Source: Cytophagales bacterium (lineage in GTDB: Bacteria; Bacteroidota; Bacteroidia; Cytophagales; VRUD01). Taken from it: a stretch of 64,000 bases of DNA. The position numbers were made by a program, and so were the translations under genes. Location of the stretch: the NCBI GenBank assembly GCA_019456305.1, contig VRUD01000013.1, positions 1,594-65,593 of the forward strand, written 5' to 3'. The notes beneath the pieces were generated by a model. It ran no database searches and had not been told where the DNA came from. It saw only the letters and a list, made by a program, of their open reading frames with translations. The first letter of the stretch is position 1. Every line of letters starts with the position of its first letter. Positions 23,782 through 31,810 of this stretch are shown here, piece after piece.

Positions 23782-26253
23782 ATGAACAATGAACAGGTCA
23801 AGCAATTGTGTCTGAGTCTAATGACGGCAGATACCGAACGAGATATTATTTCAATTCTCAAACAACATGGTTATTGGGAGAGGTCAGAGTTTTGGCGATA
23901 TTATGGAGACAAAGAGAATAATTACAGTGCTGCAGGTAACCAGGCTGACGAAGCTGAGGCAGCACTGGTGGAGAAAATTACGAATTCCAGGGATGCGATA
24001 TTGATGAACGAGTGTTGGATGAAAGCTATAGAGCCAAAAAGCGATGAGGCACCGTCTGGCGTAAAGGAGGCTGTTGCAGAATTTTTTGAAGAAAACCCAA
24101 AGAACGAATTGGCGGGGCAAATAAAAGAATGGTCAAAAGAGAAAAGGCGTGAAATTGCTAAAAACATATCTGTTTATATAACTGGAAATAAGCCAGCAAA
24201 GGATTTGTTTCCTTGCATTAATATTGCCGATAAAGGTGAAGGTCAAACACCACTCGAAATACCTAATACCATACTCTCATTAGGAGAATCTATTAAAAGG
24301 AAGATACCCTTTGTGCATGGGAAATGGAATATGGGTGGCACTGCAGCATTGGTTTATTGTGGAAAGGCCAATTTACAATTAATTGTAAGCAGAAGGAATC
24401 AGCAGTTGATCAAGGATGAGGAACGGAAAGAAACTGATAATAATTGGGGTTTTACTATTGTGAGAAGGGAAGACCCAGTTGGCAAAGAAACATCATCAAC
24501 GTACAAATATCTAGCACCTGTTGAAGCAGAAGCAAACCCTGGTAAGGGTGAATTATTAAACTTTAATAGCAACACCTTCCCAATTTTTGCAAAATATAAT
24601 GAGCCGTATTCTGTGAAATCAGAGTGGGGTACACTTGTAAAACTATATGAATACGAGACCAGGTACAAGCAAAATGTGCAGGGAAGTGGAGGACTGTTGC
24701 GCCCTTTAGATTTGTTGGCACCTGATCTTGGCTTGCCCTTCCGTCTGCATGAATGCCGATACGAAGGAACTCCTGGCTCTTTTGAACATCAAGTTAATGG
24801 CCTGCGTGTAAGGTTATACGATGACAGAGGAAATGCGCTCGAACCAGGATATCCAACTTCGCATAATACCGTAACTAATGGAGAACCATTTTCATTCTCT
24901 TTATATGCCTTTAAGGATGACAAGGCAAAAACATACCGTGACAGCGAGAAAGGTGTCATTTTTACTCTCAATGGTCAAAGTCAGGGATGGTTTGATGATA
25001 GAATTTTCACAAGAAATAAGGTTAGTTTGGGATTCTTGAAGAACTCCTTGCTGTTAATTGTAGATTGTAGTGGTTTAAGCTATCGGGCGCAGGAGAAACT
25101 ATTTGTAAATGATAGGGTGCATATAAGAAAGGGGCCATATAGAGATAAAATCGAAGATGAAATAATCGACTATCTTGCTAATCACCAGGGGTTAAGCGAC
25201 TTGCAAGAAGAAAGGAAAAGGCAATTGCAAGCTGACAAACTTGATGATTCAAAGCCATTGGAAACGGTGCTGTCAAGTGTGTTCAAACATTCAAGTGCCC
25301 TATCAAAAATATTCCTGAAAGGTCAACGGCTTTCCAACGCTTTTAGATCCGAAAGGGTTGAGGGTAAAAACAAGGATTACAAAGGCCTTCCGTATCCGAC
25401 ATATTTCAAATTCAAAAAACTTGATTATGGTAAAGTGCTTGCTCGTGATGCATTTCAGTCGACCAGGTCAAGAATTGGATTTGAAACCGATGCTGAAAAT
25501 GATTATCTGATAAGAAAAACTAATCCCGGTAGCTTCAAGTTGTTCCTGAAGGATGAAAAAGGAAACCTCATTGAGGCAAAGCAAAAGCACGTAGTCTATG
25601 GATTGAGCTTACTAAATGGCATTGCGATCGTGAATATTGATATTGATTCACAAATGAAAACAGGGGATAAGGTACGCTTTATGCTTGAAGTGACTGATCC
25701 TATGCGAATTGCGGAACCCCCATTCCAAAATGAGTTTGTACTGACTATTTATCCGAAACCAACCAAAAGAACAGGGGGTAAATCAATGAGGTCTAAACCA
25801 CCAACCACTATTCCAGGTAAAGATAGAGATAAATCGGGTGGGGTTAAATTTCCAAAAATTTACCAAGTCAACGAAAGTGAATGGGGTAAGCATGAGTTTA
25901 ATAAGTTCTCGGCAATGAGAGTTGTTAAATCCAAAATTAATGAAAACGGTAAGAATGAGGTTGAATTTACATTTTATGTGAACATAGATAATATCTACTT
26001 GCAGCATGAGGTAAAGGATAATATTGAGGATAAAAAAACAACAGAGGCTTATTTCAAATATGGTATGGCTTTGCTTGGCATATCAATTATTTATGACGAC
26101 CAGCAGAACAAGGATGAACAAAATAAGTATGAGGGTATTGAAGAAAGAATCGCTGGATTTTCAAGGGCAATGGGACCAATGATAATACCCATGATTAAAG
26201 AATTTGGAGACCTTGACTTAAAAGATGAACTGCTTGAACAGTTAGCTGATTAA
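23782..26253 (+). CDS. GHKL (Bergerat-fold) ATPase, MORC/paraMORC-like, with an unassigned ~500-aa C-terminal region
   Basis: The N-box EKITNSRDA is at aa 64-72 (nt 23971-23997). The G1 box DKGEG is at aa 150-154 (nt 24229-24243). The G2-like GKWNMGG is at aa 180-186 (nt 24319-24339). Confidence 0.75.
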   Translation: MNNEQVKQLCLSLMTADTERDIISILKQHGYWERSEFWRYYGDKENNYSAAGNQADEAEAALVEKITNSRDAILMNECWMKAIEPKSDEAPSGVKEAVAEFFEENPKNELAGQIKEWSKEKRREIAKNISVYITGNKPAKDLFPCINIADKGEGQTPLEIPNTILSLGESIKRKIPFVHGKWNMGGTAALVYCGKANLQLIVSRRNQQLIKDEERKETDNNWGFTIVRREDPVGKETSSTYKYLAPVEAEANPGKGELLNFNSNTFPIFAKYNEPYSVKSEWGTLVKLYEYETRYKQNVQGSGGLLRPLDLLAPDLGLPFRLHECRYEGTPGSFEHQVNGLRVRLYDDRGNALEPGYPTSHNTVTNGEPFSFSLYAFKDDKAKTYRDSEKGVIFTLNGQSQGWFDDRIFTRNKVSLGFLKNSLLLIVDCSGLSYRAQEKLFVNDRVHIRKGPYRDKIEDEIIDYLANHQGLSDLQEERKRQLQADKLDDSKPLETVLSSVFKHSSALSKIFLKGQRLSNAFRSERVEGKNKDYKGLPYPTYFKFKKLDYGKVLARDAFQSTRSRIGFETDAENDYLIRKTNPGSFKLFLKDEKGNLIEAKQKHVVYGLSLLNGIAIVNIDIDSQMKTGDKVRFMLEVTDPMRIAEPPFQNEFVLTIYPKPTKRTGGKSMRSKPPTTIPGKDRDKSGGVKFPKIYQVNESEWGKHEFNKFSAMRVVKSKINENGKNEVEFTFYVNIDNIYLQHEVKDNIEDKKTTEAYFKYGMALLGISIIYDDQQNKDEQNKYEGIEERIAGFSRAMGPMIIPMIKEFGDLDLKDELLEQLAD

Positions 26254-27411
26254 CCTGTGAAATAGTACAACCTCATTTGAACTGGGAGTTTTGCCTTTAT
26301 TTTGTGTATACCATTTGCGGTTGGGTACTTCTCTCCAAATTCTTGATTTGAATGGCTTAATTTCATAGAACCCAGCCAATTTCATCACTTCAAGATACTT
26401 AGGTAGCTGCCATTCAGGTTTGGAAAACGCTAATACCTGGACAATAAGGGTTTCGTTGTCACAAACCTTTGCGACAGAAGAAAAGGTATCCTTGATATTT
26501 TGGAAGTAATTAATAAGCCCTTCCTGCTGCCGATTGCCCATCGTGTAATGAGTCAACCCATGCCCGTCTAAACTATTTGCAATCCAGAAAGGTGCCGGGG
26601 TTTCTTTGCTACCATGTATTTGCCAACGGTGATAGACCACGTGAATACCTGGGTAAGGTGGAGATGTGAGAACCAACTTTGGTGAGTTCGATTTTTTAAG
26701 CGTTCTTGACCGTTTGATTTCAATTGCTGGTTTATTGATTTGCAAAGACATAACATCGTTTTTATGTTCAGCAAGTGCGAATTTGAGTTGGGTAGAGCCA
26801 ACGAGCATTTGCTCTATTGTAGTCCATAATTTAGCACGGAATCTCTTTGCGGAAGGGATTTCTTTTTTTGAGTCAAGTGCCCATTGCCCTGTCTTCAACA
26901 AAACACAACGCAAAAAATTCTTTACTTTTACTGTAGTCCTTACTTTTTCAAGGTCATTGATAAACTGTTCGGATAATTTGCGAATTGGCCATGTGGTTTT
27001 GTTAGATAAGTTTCTTTGGTAGCCAGCTTCAATCCATTGTTCAGGTCGTTCTGAGTGAGATTTGCAGTTCATTTTTTTAATTGTCAAGGCAGTCCACTTT
27101 TTAACAAATTCAGTTTCTTTCTCTGTTAATGGGGAAGTTTTGACTGAGGCAATAAAGTACGCCAAACTGCTTATGTCAAACCCAATGGCAGGTCTATTAA
27201 GAATCTGCGCTTCAACTAAGGTTGTTCCTCCACCCATGAAAGGGTCGAGAATAAAGTCTCCAGGTTCAGTGAATGATTCAATTGCTTCTCTGGCGAACAA
27301 TGGTGAGAATCGAGCCGGATAATTATAGAAATCATGGGTGTATCCTGATACCGTACTTCGGTCATTAACGGCTTTTACAAAAGTATCCAGATTTATTCCT
27401 TTTGCTATCAT
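26242..27411 (-). CDS. DNA methyltransferase, alpha-class motif order, SPPY catalytic motif (N4-cytosine or N6-adenine)
   Basis: Motif I DPFMGGGTT is at aa 56-64 (nt 27220-27246). Motif IV SPPY is at aa 250-253 (nt 26653-26664). About 190 aa lie between them, presumably the target-recognition domain. Confidence 0.85.
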   Translation of the reverse strand: MIAKGINLDTFVKAVNDRSTVSGYTHDFYNYPARFSPLFAREAIESFTEPGDFILDPFMGGGTTLVEAQILNRPAIGFDISSLAYFIASVKTSPLTEKETEFVKKWTALTIKKMNCKSHSERPEQWIEAGYQRNLSNKTTWPIRKLSEQFINDLEKVRTTVKVKNFLRCVLLKTGQWALDSKKEIPSAKRFRAKLWTTIEQMLVGSTQLKFALAEHKNDVMSLQINKPAIEIKRSRTLKKSNSPKLVLTSPPYPGIHVVYHRWQIHGSKETPAPFWIANSLDGHGLTHYTMGNRQQEGLINYFQNIKDTFSSVAKVCDNETLIVQVLAFSKPEWQLPKYLEVMKLAGFYEIKPFKSRIWREVPNRKWYTQNKGKTPSSNEVVLFHRLIS

Positions 27412-27412
27412 G

Positions 27413-27616
27413 TTAGTTTTTTGTTGATACGAGTAGTTCTCTTATGTCCACATCTAGGATTCTTGCTATTTTTTTTAAATTTGTTAAATGCGGTTGTGAT
27501 TTATTGTTACAAATCGATGCAATGGAGGTGGTGCTTTTTCTAAGTTTCTCCGCAAGCCATTTTTGTGTTTTACCTTGAATTACAAGTATCTCCTTTATTC
27601 GATTGATACGCTCCAT
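27413..27616 (-). CDS. XRE/Cro-type HTH transcriptional regulator (C-protein-like)
   Basis: KTQKWLAEKLRKSTTSIASICNNKSQPHLTNLKKIARILDVDIRELL is a canonical HTH_3. Its stop lies 1 nt before the methyltransferase ATG. Confidence 0.85.
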   Translation of the reverse strand: MERINRIKEILVIQGKTQKWLAEKLRKSTTSIASICNNKSQPHLTNLKKIARILDVDIRELLVSTKN

Positions 27617-27635
27617 GATTTGTATATTGAATGTA

Positions 27636-27656
27636 AATATAAGTTCTGCTTATATT
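27636..27656. promoter_or_regulatory. candidate operator: inverted repeat aatataag-N5-cttatatt
   Basis: The 8-bp arms are perfect and lie 20 nt upstream of the HTH start. A third aatataag half-site sits at 27678-27685. Confidence 0.45.
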
Positions 27657-27675
27657 AATAGAAGCAAGAATTTCA

Positions 27676-27683
27676 CAAATATA
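27676..27683 (-). promoter_or_regulatory. candidate -7 box (TAtaTTTG on the minus strand) for the HTH-MTase operon
   Basis: The plus-strand caaatata reads tatatttg on the minus strand. It lies 60 nt upstream of the HTH ATG and overlaps the third half-site. Confidence 0.35.
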
Positions 27684-27844
27684 AGAATAATTAATGTTAA
27701 TAACTAATATTTGAATGTTGATAAAAGCAAGCTCTTTTGCAAAGTTTTGGTTTGCCTATCAACAACTTCCTGTTGGTATCTTGTATATCAGATTATTAAA
27801 ACCAGATGAAACATATTAACTTTGCATTCGTAGGATTCCAACTA

Positions 27845-28729
27845 ATGTATTACCGGAGAAAAATATTGCTTGCGTTGTTAGAGAAAATGGGCGGTAAGCT
27901 ACTGCCTACCGATATGCAAAAACTACTTTTCCTGTTTTGCGAAAGACAAAGGGAAAAGAACTACGAGTTTGTACCATACCGTTTCGGTGGTTTTTCCTTC
28001 CAGTCGTATGCCGACAAACGTACCCTTACAAAATATGGTTATTTAAGTGATGTGGACGGATGGGAACTGACCGATAAGGGCAGAAACTTCAGCAGTACAT
28101 TAAAAAATGAAGATCAAACTGCGTTGCAACAGGTTGCGGCAAGGTATGGCAAAATGCGGGGCAACCCATTGGTGAAGGAAGTTTACCGGAATTACCCGTA
28201 TTATGCCATTTACAGCGAAATATTGGAAAAGGTGCTGTCACAGGAAGAAATAAAGAAAGTGGAAGCGCAGAGGCCAAAAGAGAACAGCGAAGCGTTTTTT
28301 ACGATCGGCTACGAGGGTATCTCGCAGGAACGATATCTTAACAAACTGATAAAAAACAATGTGAAGCTGCTTTGTGATGTGCGGAAAAATCCGCTTAGCA
28401 TGAAGTACGGGTTTTCAAAAAATCAACTAAAAGATGCTTGCGAGCATGTCGGCATACAATATTTGCATATCCCTGATTTGGGAATTGTCCCGGAAAAGCG
28501 AAAGGAACTCAACACCAAAGAGGATTACGAAAGATTGTTTGAGGAATACGAGCGCACCACTTTGCGGGAAGAAAAGGAGTCGTTAGACCGGTTGCTGACT
28601 TTGTTGAAACAATACAAGCGGATTGCCATTACCTGTTTTGAAGCATGTGAAACGCAATGCCATAGAGGCAAGGTAGCCAAAACGTTGCAAAAAATGCCGG
28701 AATGGAAATATCCTGTAAAGCACCTGTAA
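27845..28729 (+). CDS. winged-helix-like N-terminal domain fused to a DUF488 domain
   Basis: The C-terminal half matches the DUF488 pattern (FFTIGYEG, LLCDVRKNPLS, GIQYLHIPDLG, ITCFEACETQCHRGKVA). I prefer the start at MYYRRKILLALLEK over the track start at 27806. Confidence 0.7.
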   Translation: MYYRRKILLALLEKMGGKLLPTDMQKLLFLFCERQREKNYEFVPYRFGGFSFQSYADKRTLTKYGYLSDVDGWELTDKGRNFSSTLKNEDQTALQQVAARYGKMRGNPLVKEVYRNYPYYAIYSEILEKVLSQEEIKKVEAQRPKENSEAFFTIGYEGISQERYLNKLIKNNVKLLCDVRKNPLSMKYGFSKNQLKDACEHVGIQYLHIPDLGIVPEKRKELNTKEDYERLFEEYERTTLREEKESLDRLLTLLKQYKRIAITCFEACETQCHRGKVAKTLQKMPEWKYPVKHL

Positions 28730-28730
28730 A

Positions 28731-29546
28731 ATGGCAAAACAACGCGTATTGATTACCGTCAAGACCTACCCGACCATTTCTAAAAAATACGATGAAATAG
28801 TTTGCACTGCCGGATTTACGGCAGAAGGCAAATGGATTCGTCTTTACCCGATTCCATTTCGCAAGCTGGATTACGTTCACCAGTACAAGAAGTACGATTG
28901 GGTGGAAATGGATTTAACCAAAAACACCAGTGATTTCAGGCCCGAAAGCTACCGGCCTGTTAATATAGATGTTGACGAACCTGTTAAAGTTGTTGGGCAT
29001 ATTGAAACAAAAGACAATTGGGCCGAACGGAAAAATATTGTATTGAATACGGTGTATGACGATTTAGAGCGATTGATTTTAGAAGCAAAGGATAAAAAGG
29101 TTTGTACTTCGCTTGCGGTTTTCAAGCCGACAAAAATTCATGATTTTATTTGCGAAGCAGTTGAACGGGAATGGGATAACAAGAAGAAAGAACAATTGTT
29201 ACAAATGAAACTGTTTGAGCAAAAGAGGGATTTTGAAGTTGTTCGGAAACTGCCCTACAAGTTCAGCTATGTGTTTGAAGATGTAAACGGCAAGAAACCA
29301 ACTTTGATGATAGAGGATTGGGAAATTGGCGCTTTATATTGGAACTGTCTTGCCCGCAATGAAGGTGATGAAAAAGCAGCTTGCAAGGAGGTAATAGCGA
29401 AATACTTTGATGATTTTGCCAAAACCAAAGACCTGTATTTCTTTTTAGGAACTACAAAAGTGAATCATTTTGTAGCAAAGAACCCTTTTATCATTATAGG
29501 AACTTTCCATCCTAAACCGGTAACTCAATTAAAATTAGACCTGTAA
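28731..29546 (+). CDS. 271-aa hypothetical protein, translationally coupled to the DUF488 gene
   Basis: The ATG follows the upstream stop by 1 nt. The ORF is clean with balanced composition. No family is recognised. Confidence 0.6.
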   Translation: MAKQRVLITVKTYPTISKKYDEIVCTAGFTAEGKWIRLYPIPFRKLDYVHQYKKYDWVEMDLTKNTSDFRPESYRPVNIDVDEPVKVVGHIETKDNWAERKNIVLNTVYDDLERLILEAKDKKVCTSLAVFKPTKIHDFICEAVEREWDNKKKEQLLQMKLFEQKRDFEVVRKLPYKFSYVFEDVNGKKPTLMIEDWEIGALYWNCLARNEGDEKAACKEVIAKYFDDFAKTKDLYFFLGTTKVNHFVAKNPFIIIGTFHPKPVTQLKLDL

Positions 29547-29582
29547 AAAGCGGGCGGGGAAATTTAGCTCTTTCAGATTTTT

Positions 29583-30446
29583 TTATTTTTCAATAATTAA
29601 TTTAATAGTTTCAATCTCCTTCGTATCAGCAGTGTGTACTCTTATTAAATAAATTCCATTGCTAAAGTTTGAGAGGTCTATCCTGTTTATTCTATTGTTT
29701 AGCTGTCCGCTGGTAATAATTTTACCACTATTGTCAAGGATATCAAATTTAAAGTGGTTATTCTCTTGTAATACTAGGTTGCAATGATCCTTCGCAGGAT
29801 TGGGGTAGATCTTTGATATTATTTTAAATTCGTCAATGTCTGTTTGAACGATCTCTGTTCTTTCTTCTTCTTCAATGTTTTCTTTGCCGTTCAATTTAGG
29901 TTCCCATTCTATCAAAGTGTACGCTGGCAGACTGTCAATTATTGAAGTATATATTTTTCTCAATTCTATTTTGTCAGGCCTCAGTATAATTATGTCTTTT
30001 TCTTTGTCAATGAATTTTACTATGTTTTTATGATCTCCTTTTTCAATTATTTCATCTAATAAAAACATTTGTTCCAACCCGGTATTCAGTCCTTTTATTG
30101 TTTCATAATTAATTTCTACAGCATATATCCAATAAGCCGTGTCATTTATCTGTTCGTTGAAGTAGTACAGGCCTTTGTACTGACAAACTGTTCCTGAAAA
30201 AATAGTGTCATTTGTAGATTGGTTTACTACGAAATTGTACCTGTCTGGTTTTCTGAAAGATACATTGTATTTTATTGTGTCATTGCCGTTTGTGATCAAA
30301 AAATTTTCTCCAAGTATATAAGTTAAATTTTTGTTTCTTTTAGGGAAGGGGCTGTCAAATGAGGATTTAGGGTTAAATTCAATCTCATTGCATTTAATAC
30401 AACAAAAACAAATGAAAGCAATAATTATGGCTTTTAGTCTGTTCAT
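29583..30446 (-). CDS. secreted hypothetical protein with a T9SS type A C-terminal sorting domain
   Basis: It has a signal peptide, and the C-terminus (IYPNPAKDHCNLVL...GIYLIRV) is Por_Secre_tail-like. Confidence 0.65.
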   Translation of the reverse strand: MNRLKAIIIAFICFCCIKCNEIEFNPKSSFDSPFPKRNKNLTYILGENFLITNGNDTIKYNVSFRKPDRYNFVVNQSTNDTIFSGTVCQYKGLYYFNEQINDTAYWIYAVEINYETIKGLNTGLEQMFLLDEIIEKGDHKNIVKFIDKEKDIIILRPDKIELRKIYTSIIDSLPAYTLIEWEPKLNGKENIEEEERTEIVQTDIDEFKIISKIYPNPAKDHCNLVLQENNHFKFDILDNSGKIITSGQLNNRINRIDLSNFSNGIYLIRVHTADTKEIETIKLIIEK

Positions 30447-30596
30447 TTTTTATATTGTCACTTTGCGCATGGCGCATGGAGCATAGCGCATAGCTCCCAT
30501 ACTCCAGGCAATCTAATCATGCCTGTCTTTCATTAATCTTACGGGTGATACGCAGGTATGTTACAAATTTTCAAATTACCAAAGAATCTAATTCCT

Positions 30597-30699
30597 TAAT
30601 ATTTCTGATTTACTTTTCATTTATTGTTCTTTACAAAGAGTCTAATTCCTTCAGTTCCTTCTCAAACCCACCGCTCAATATAGGAAACCTGCACCATGA
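30597..30699. repeat. 103-bp direct repeat, copy A (downstream of rhuM)
   Basis: It matches 31708-31810 at 102 of 103 positions. It contains a copy of the last ~23 nadE codons, the spacer and the first 8 rhuM codons. Confidence 0.9.
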
Positions 30700-30717
30700 T
30701 ATTTTTTTAGATACATA

Positions 30718-31731
30718 CTACTTTTTTCCTTTTAATTTTTTGACTTCCTGTTCCAATCGTTTCATTTCCTCTGCATCCAATGCTTCAATTTGTTGTTTAC
30801 GGAATGTTTTATATTCGTTTTCTGCCAGTTCCTTTGCCATTTTATGCGATATTCTGCCGGCATCCAACAGTATTTCCCGTTCGTTCAGTGTCAAAAAAGC
30901 ATTGAGTTTTTTCTCCCAGTCGTTCATGTACATAGATTTGCGGTTACGCGCCTGCAATTCTCCAAATGCTAAGTACTGTTCTACAATAAGATTCAATTCA
31001 GTCAGTTCATCCTGTGAAAGATAGTTTTTAGCTACGGCAACATCTGTTTTGCGGATTTTTCCTTCAGGGCTATTTTTCCATGAGGTAAGTCCCATGCTGG
31101 GCTTTTTTGCATTCGTACGCTTGTAAATTATTTCTGCTGCTGTATGACCGTGTATTGCCCAGTGCATTTTGTTTTGCACAGCGGCAAAAAACCTTTTGGC
31201 TTGTTCACTTTGGGTGTCATAATCAATGCTTGTGGTGTAAATATCTTTTATCTTAGCGTAGAAAATCTTTTCAGAGCTTCGGATGTCCCTGATTCTTTCT
31301 AATAGTTCATTAAAGTATTGATTTGTGTGGCCTGTTTCTTTAAGGCGTTCATCATTGAGGGTAAAACCTTTGATAATGTATTCTCTGAGACGTTGGGTAG
31401 CCCAGATCCTAAACTGTGTGCCCCTATGCGACTTCACCCTGTAACCAACGGAAATTATAACGTCTAAGTTGTAGTATTCCAGGTCGCGTGAAACCTCTCT
31501 GCTGCCCTCAGTTTGAACTGTTCGGAAATTCCGAACAGTTGCTTTGTCCTGGTGAAGCTCGCCTTCTTCAAAAACATTGCGAATGTGCTCGCTGATAGTG
31601 CTTTTTGCCTTCCCGAAAAGCTCGGAAAGCTGGTTTAGCGTAAGCCAAACCGTTTCATTGTCTAACCGCACCTCAATTTTGGTTTGTCCGTCTTCTGTTT
31701 GGTACAATAATATTTCCGATTTACTTTTCAT
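30718..31731 (-). CDS. rhuM: RhuM-family protein (Fic/DOC-related virulence-associated family)
   Basis: ILLYQTEDGQTKIEVRLDNETVWLTLNQLSELF...NLDVIISVGYRVKSHRGTQFRIWATQRLREY is the characteristic RhuM N-terminal region. Confidence 0.85.
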   Translation of the reverse strand: MKSKSEILLYQTEDGQTKIEVRLDNETVWLTLNQLSELFGKAKSTISEHIRNVFEEGELHQDKATVRNFRTVQTEGSREVSRDLEYYNLDVIISVGYRVKSHRGTQFRIWATQRLREYIIKGFTLNDERLKETGHTNQYFNELLERIRDIRSSEKIFYAKIKDIYTTSIDYDTQSEQAKRFFAAVQNKMHWAIHGHTAAEIIYKRTNAKKPSMGLTSWKNSPEGKIRKTDVAVAKNYLSQDELTELNLIVEQYLAFGELQARNRKSMYMNDWEKKLNAFLTLNEREILLDAGRISHKMAKELAENEYKTFRKQQIEALDAEEMKRLEQEVKKLKGKK

Positions 31732-31810
31732 TTATTGTTCTTTACAAAGAGTCTAATTCCTTCAGTTCCTTCTCAAACCCACCGCTCAATATAGGAAACC
31801 TGCACCATGA
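31708..31810. repeat. 103-bp direct repeat, copy B (spans the nadE 3' end and the rhuM start)
   Basis: It differs from copy A at 30597-30699 by a single mismatch. Confidence 0.9.

Noticed and set aside
22656-29546. Assignment of the block to a named system (BREX, DISARM, Dnd/Ssp, Mza, retron, CBASS, Detocs)
   Set aside because: The required signature genes are absent (PglZ, BrxC, DrmA/B, DndA-E, Z1/AIPR, reverse transcriptase, cyclase, histidine-kinase phosphorelay). Only the GHKL ATPase and the methyltransferase overlap with components of some of these systems.
30545-31024. 159-aa plus-strand ORF
   Set aside because: It is antisense to rhuM and to the 103-bp direct repeat, is Ser/Phe-rich low complexity, and the RhuM reading on the other strand is unambiguous.
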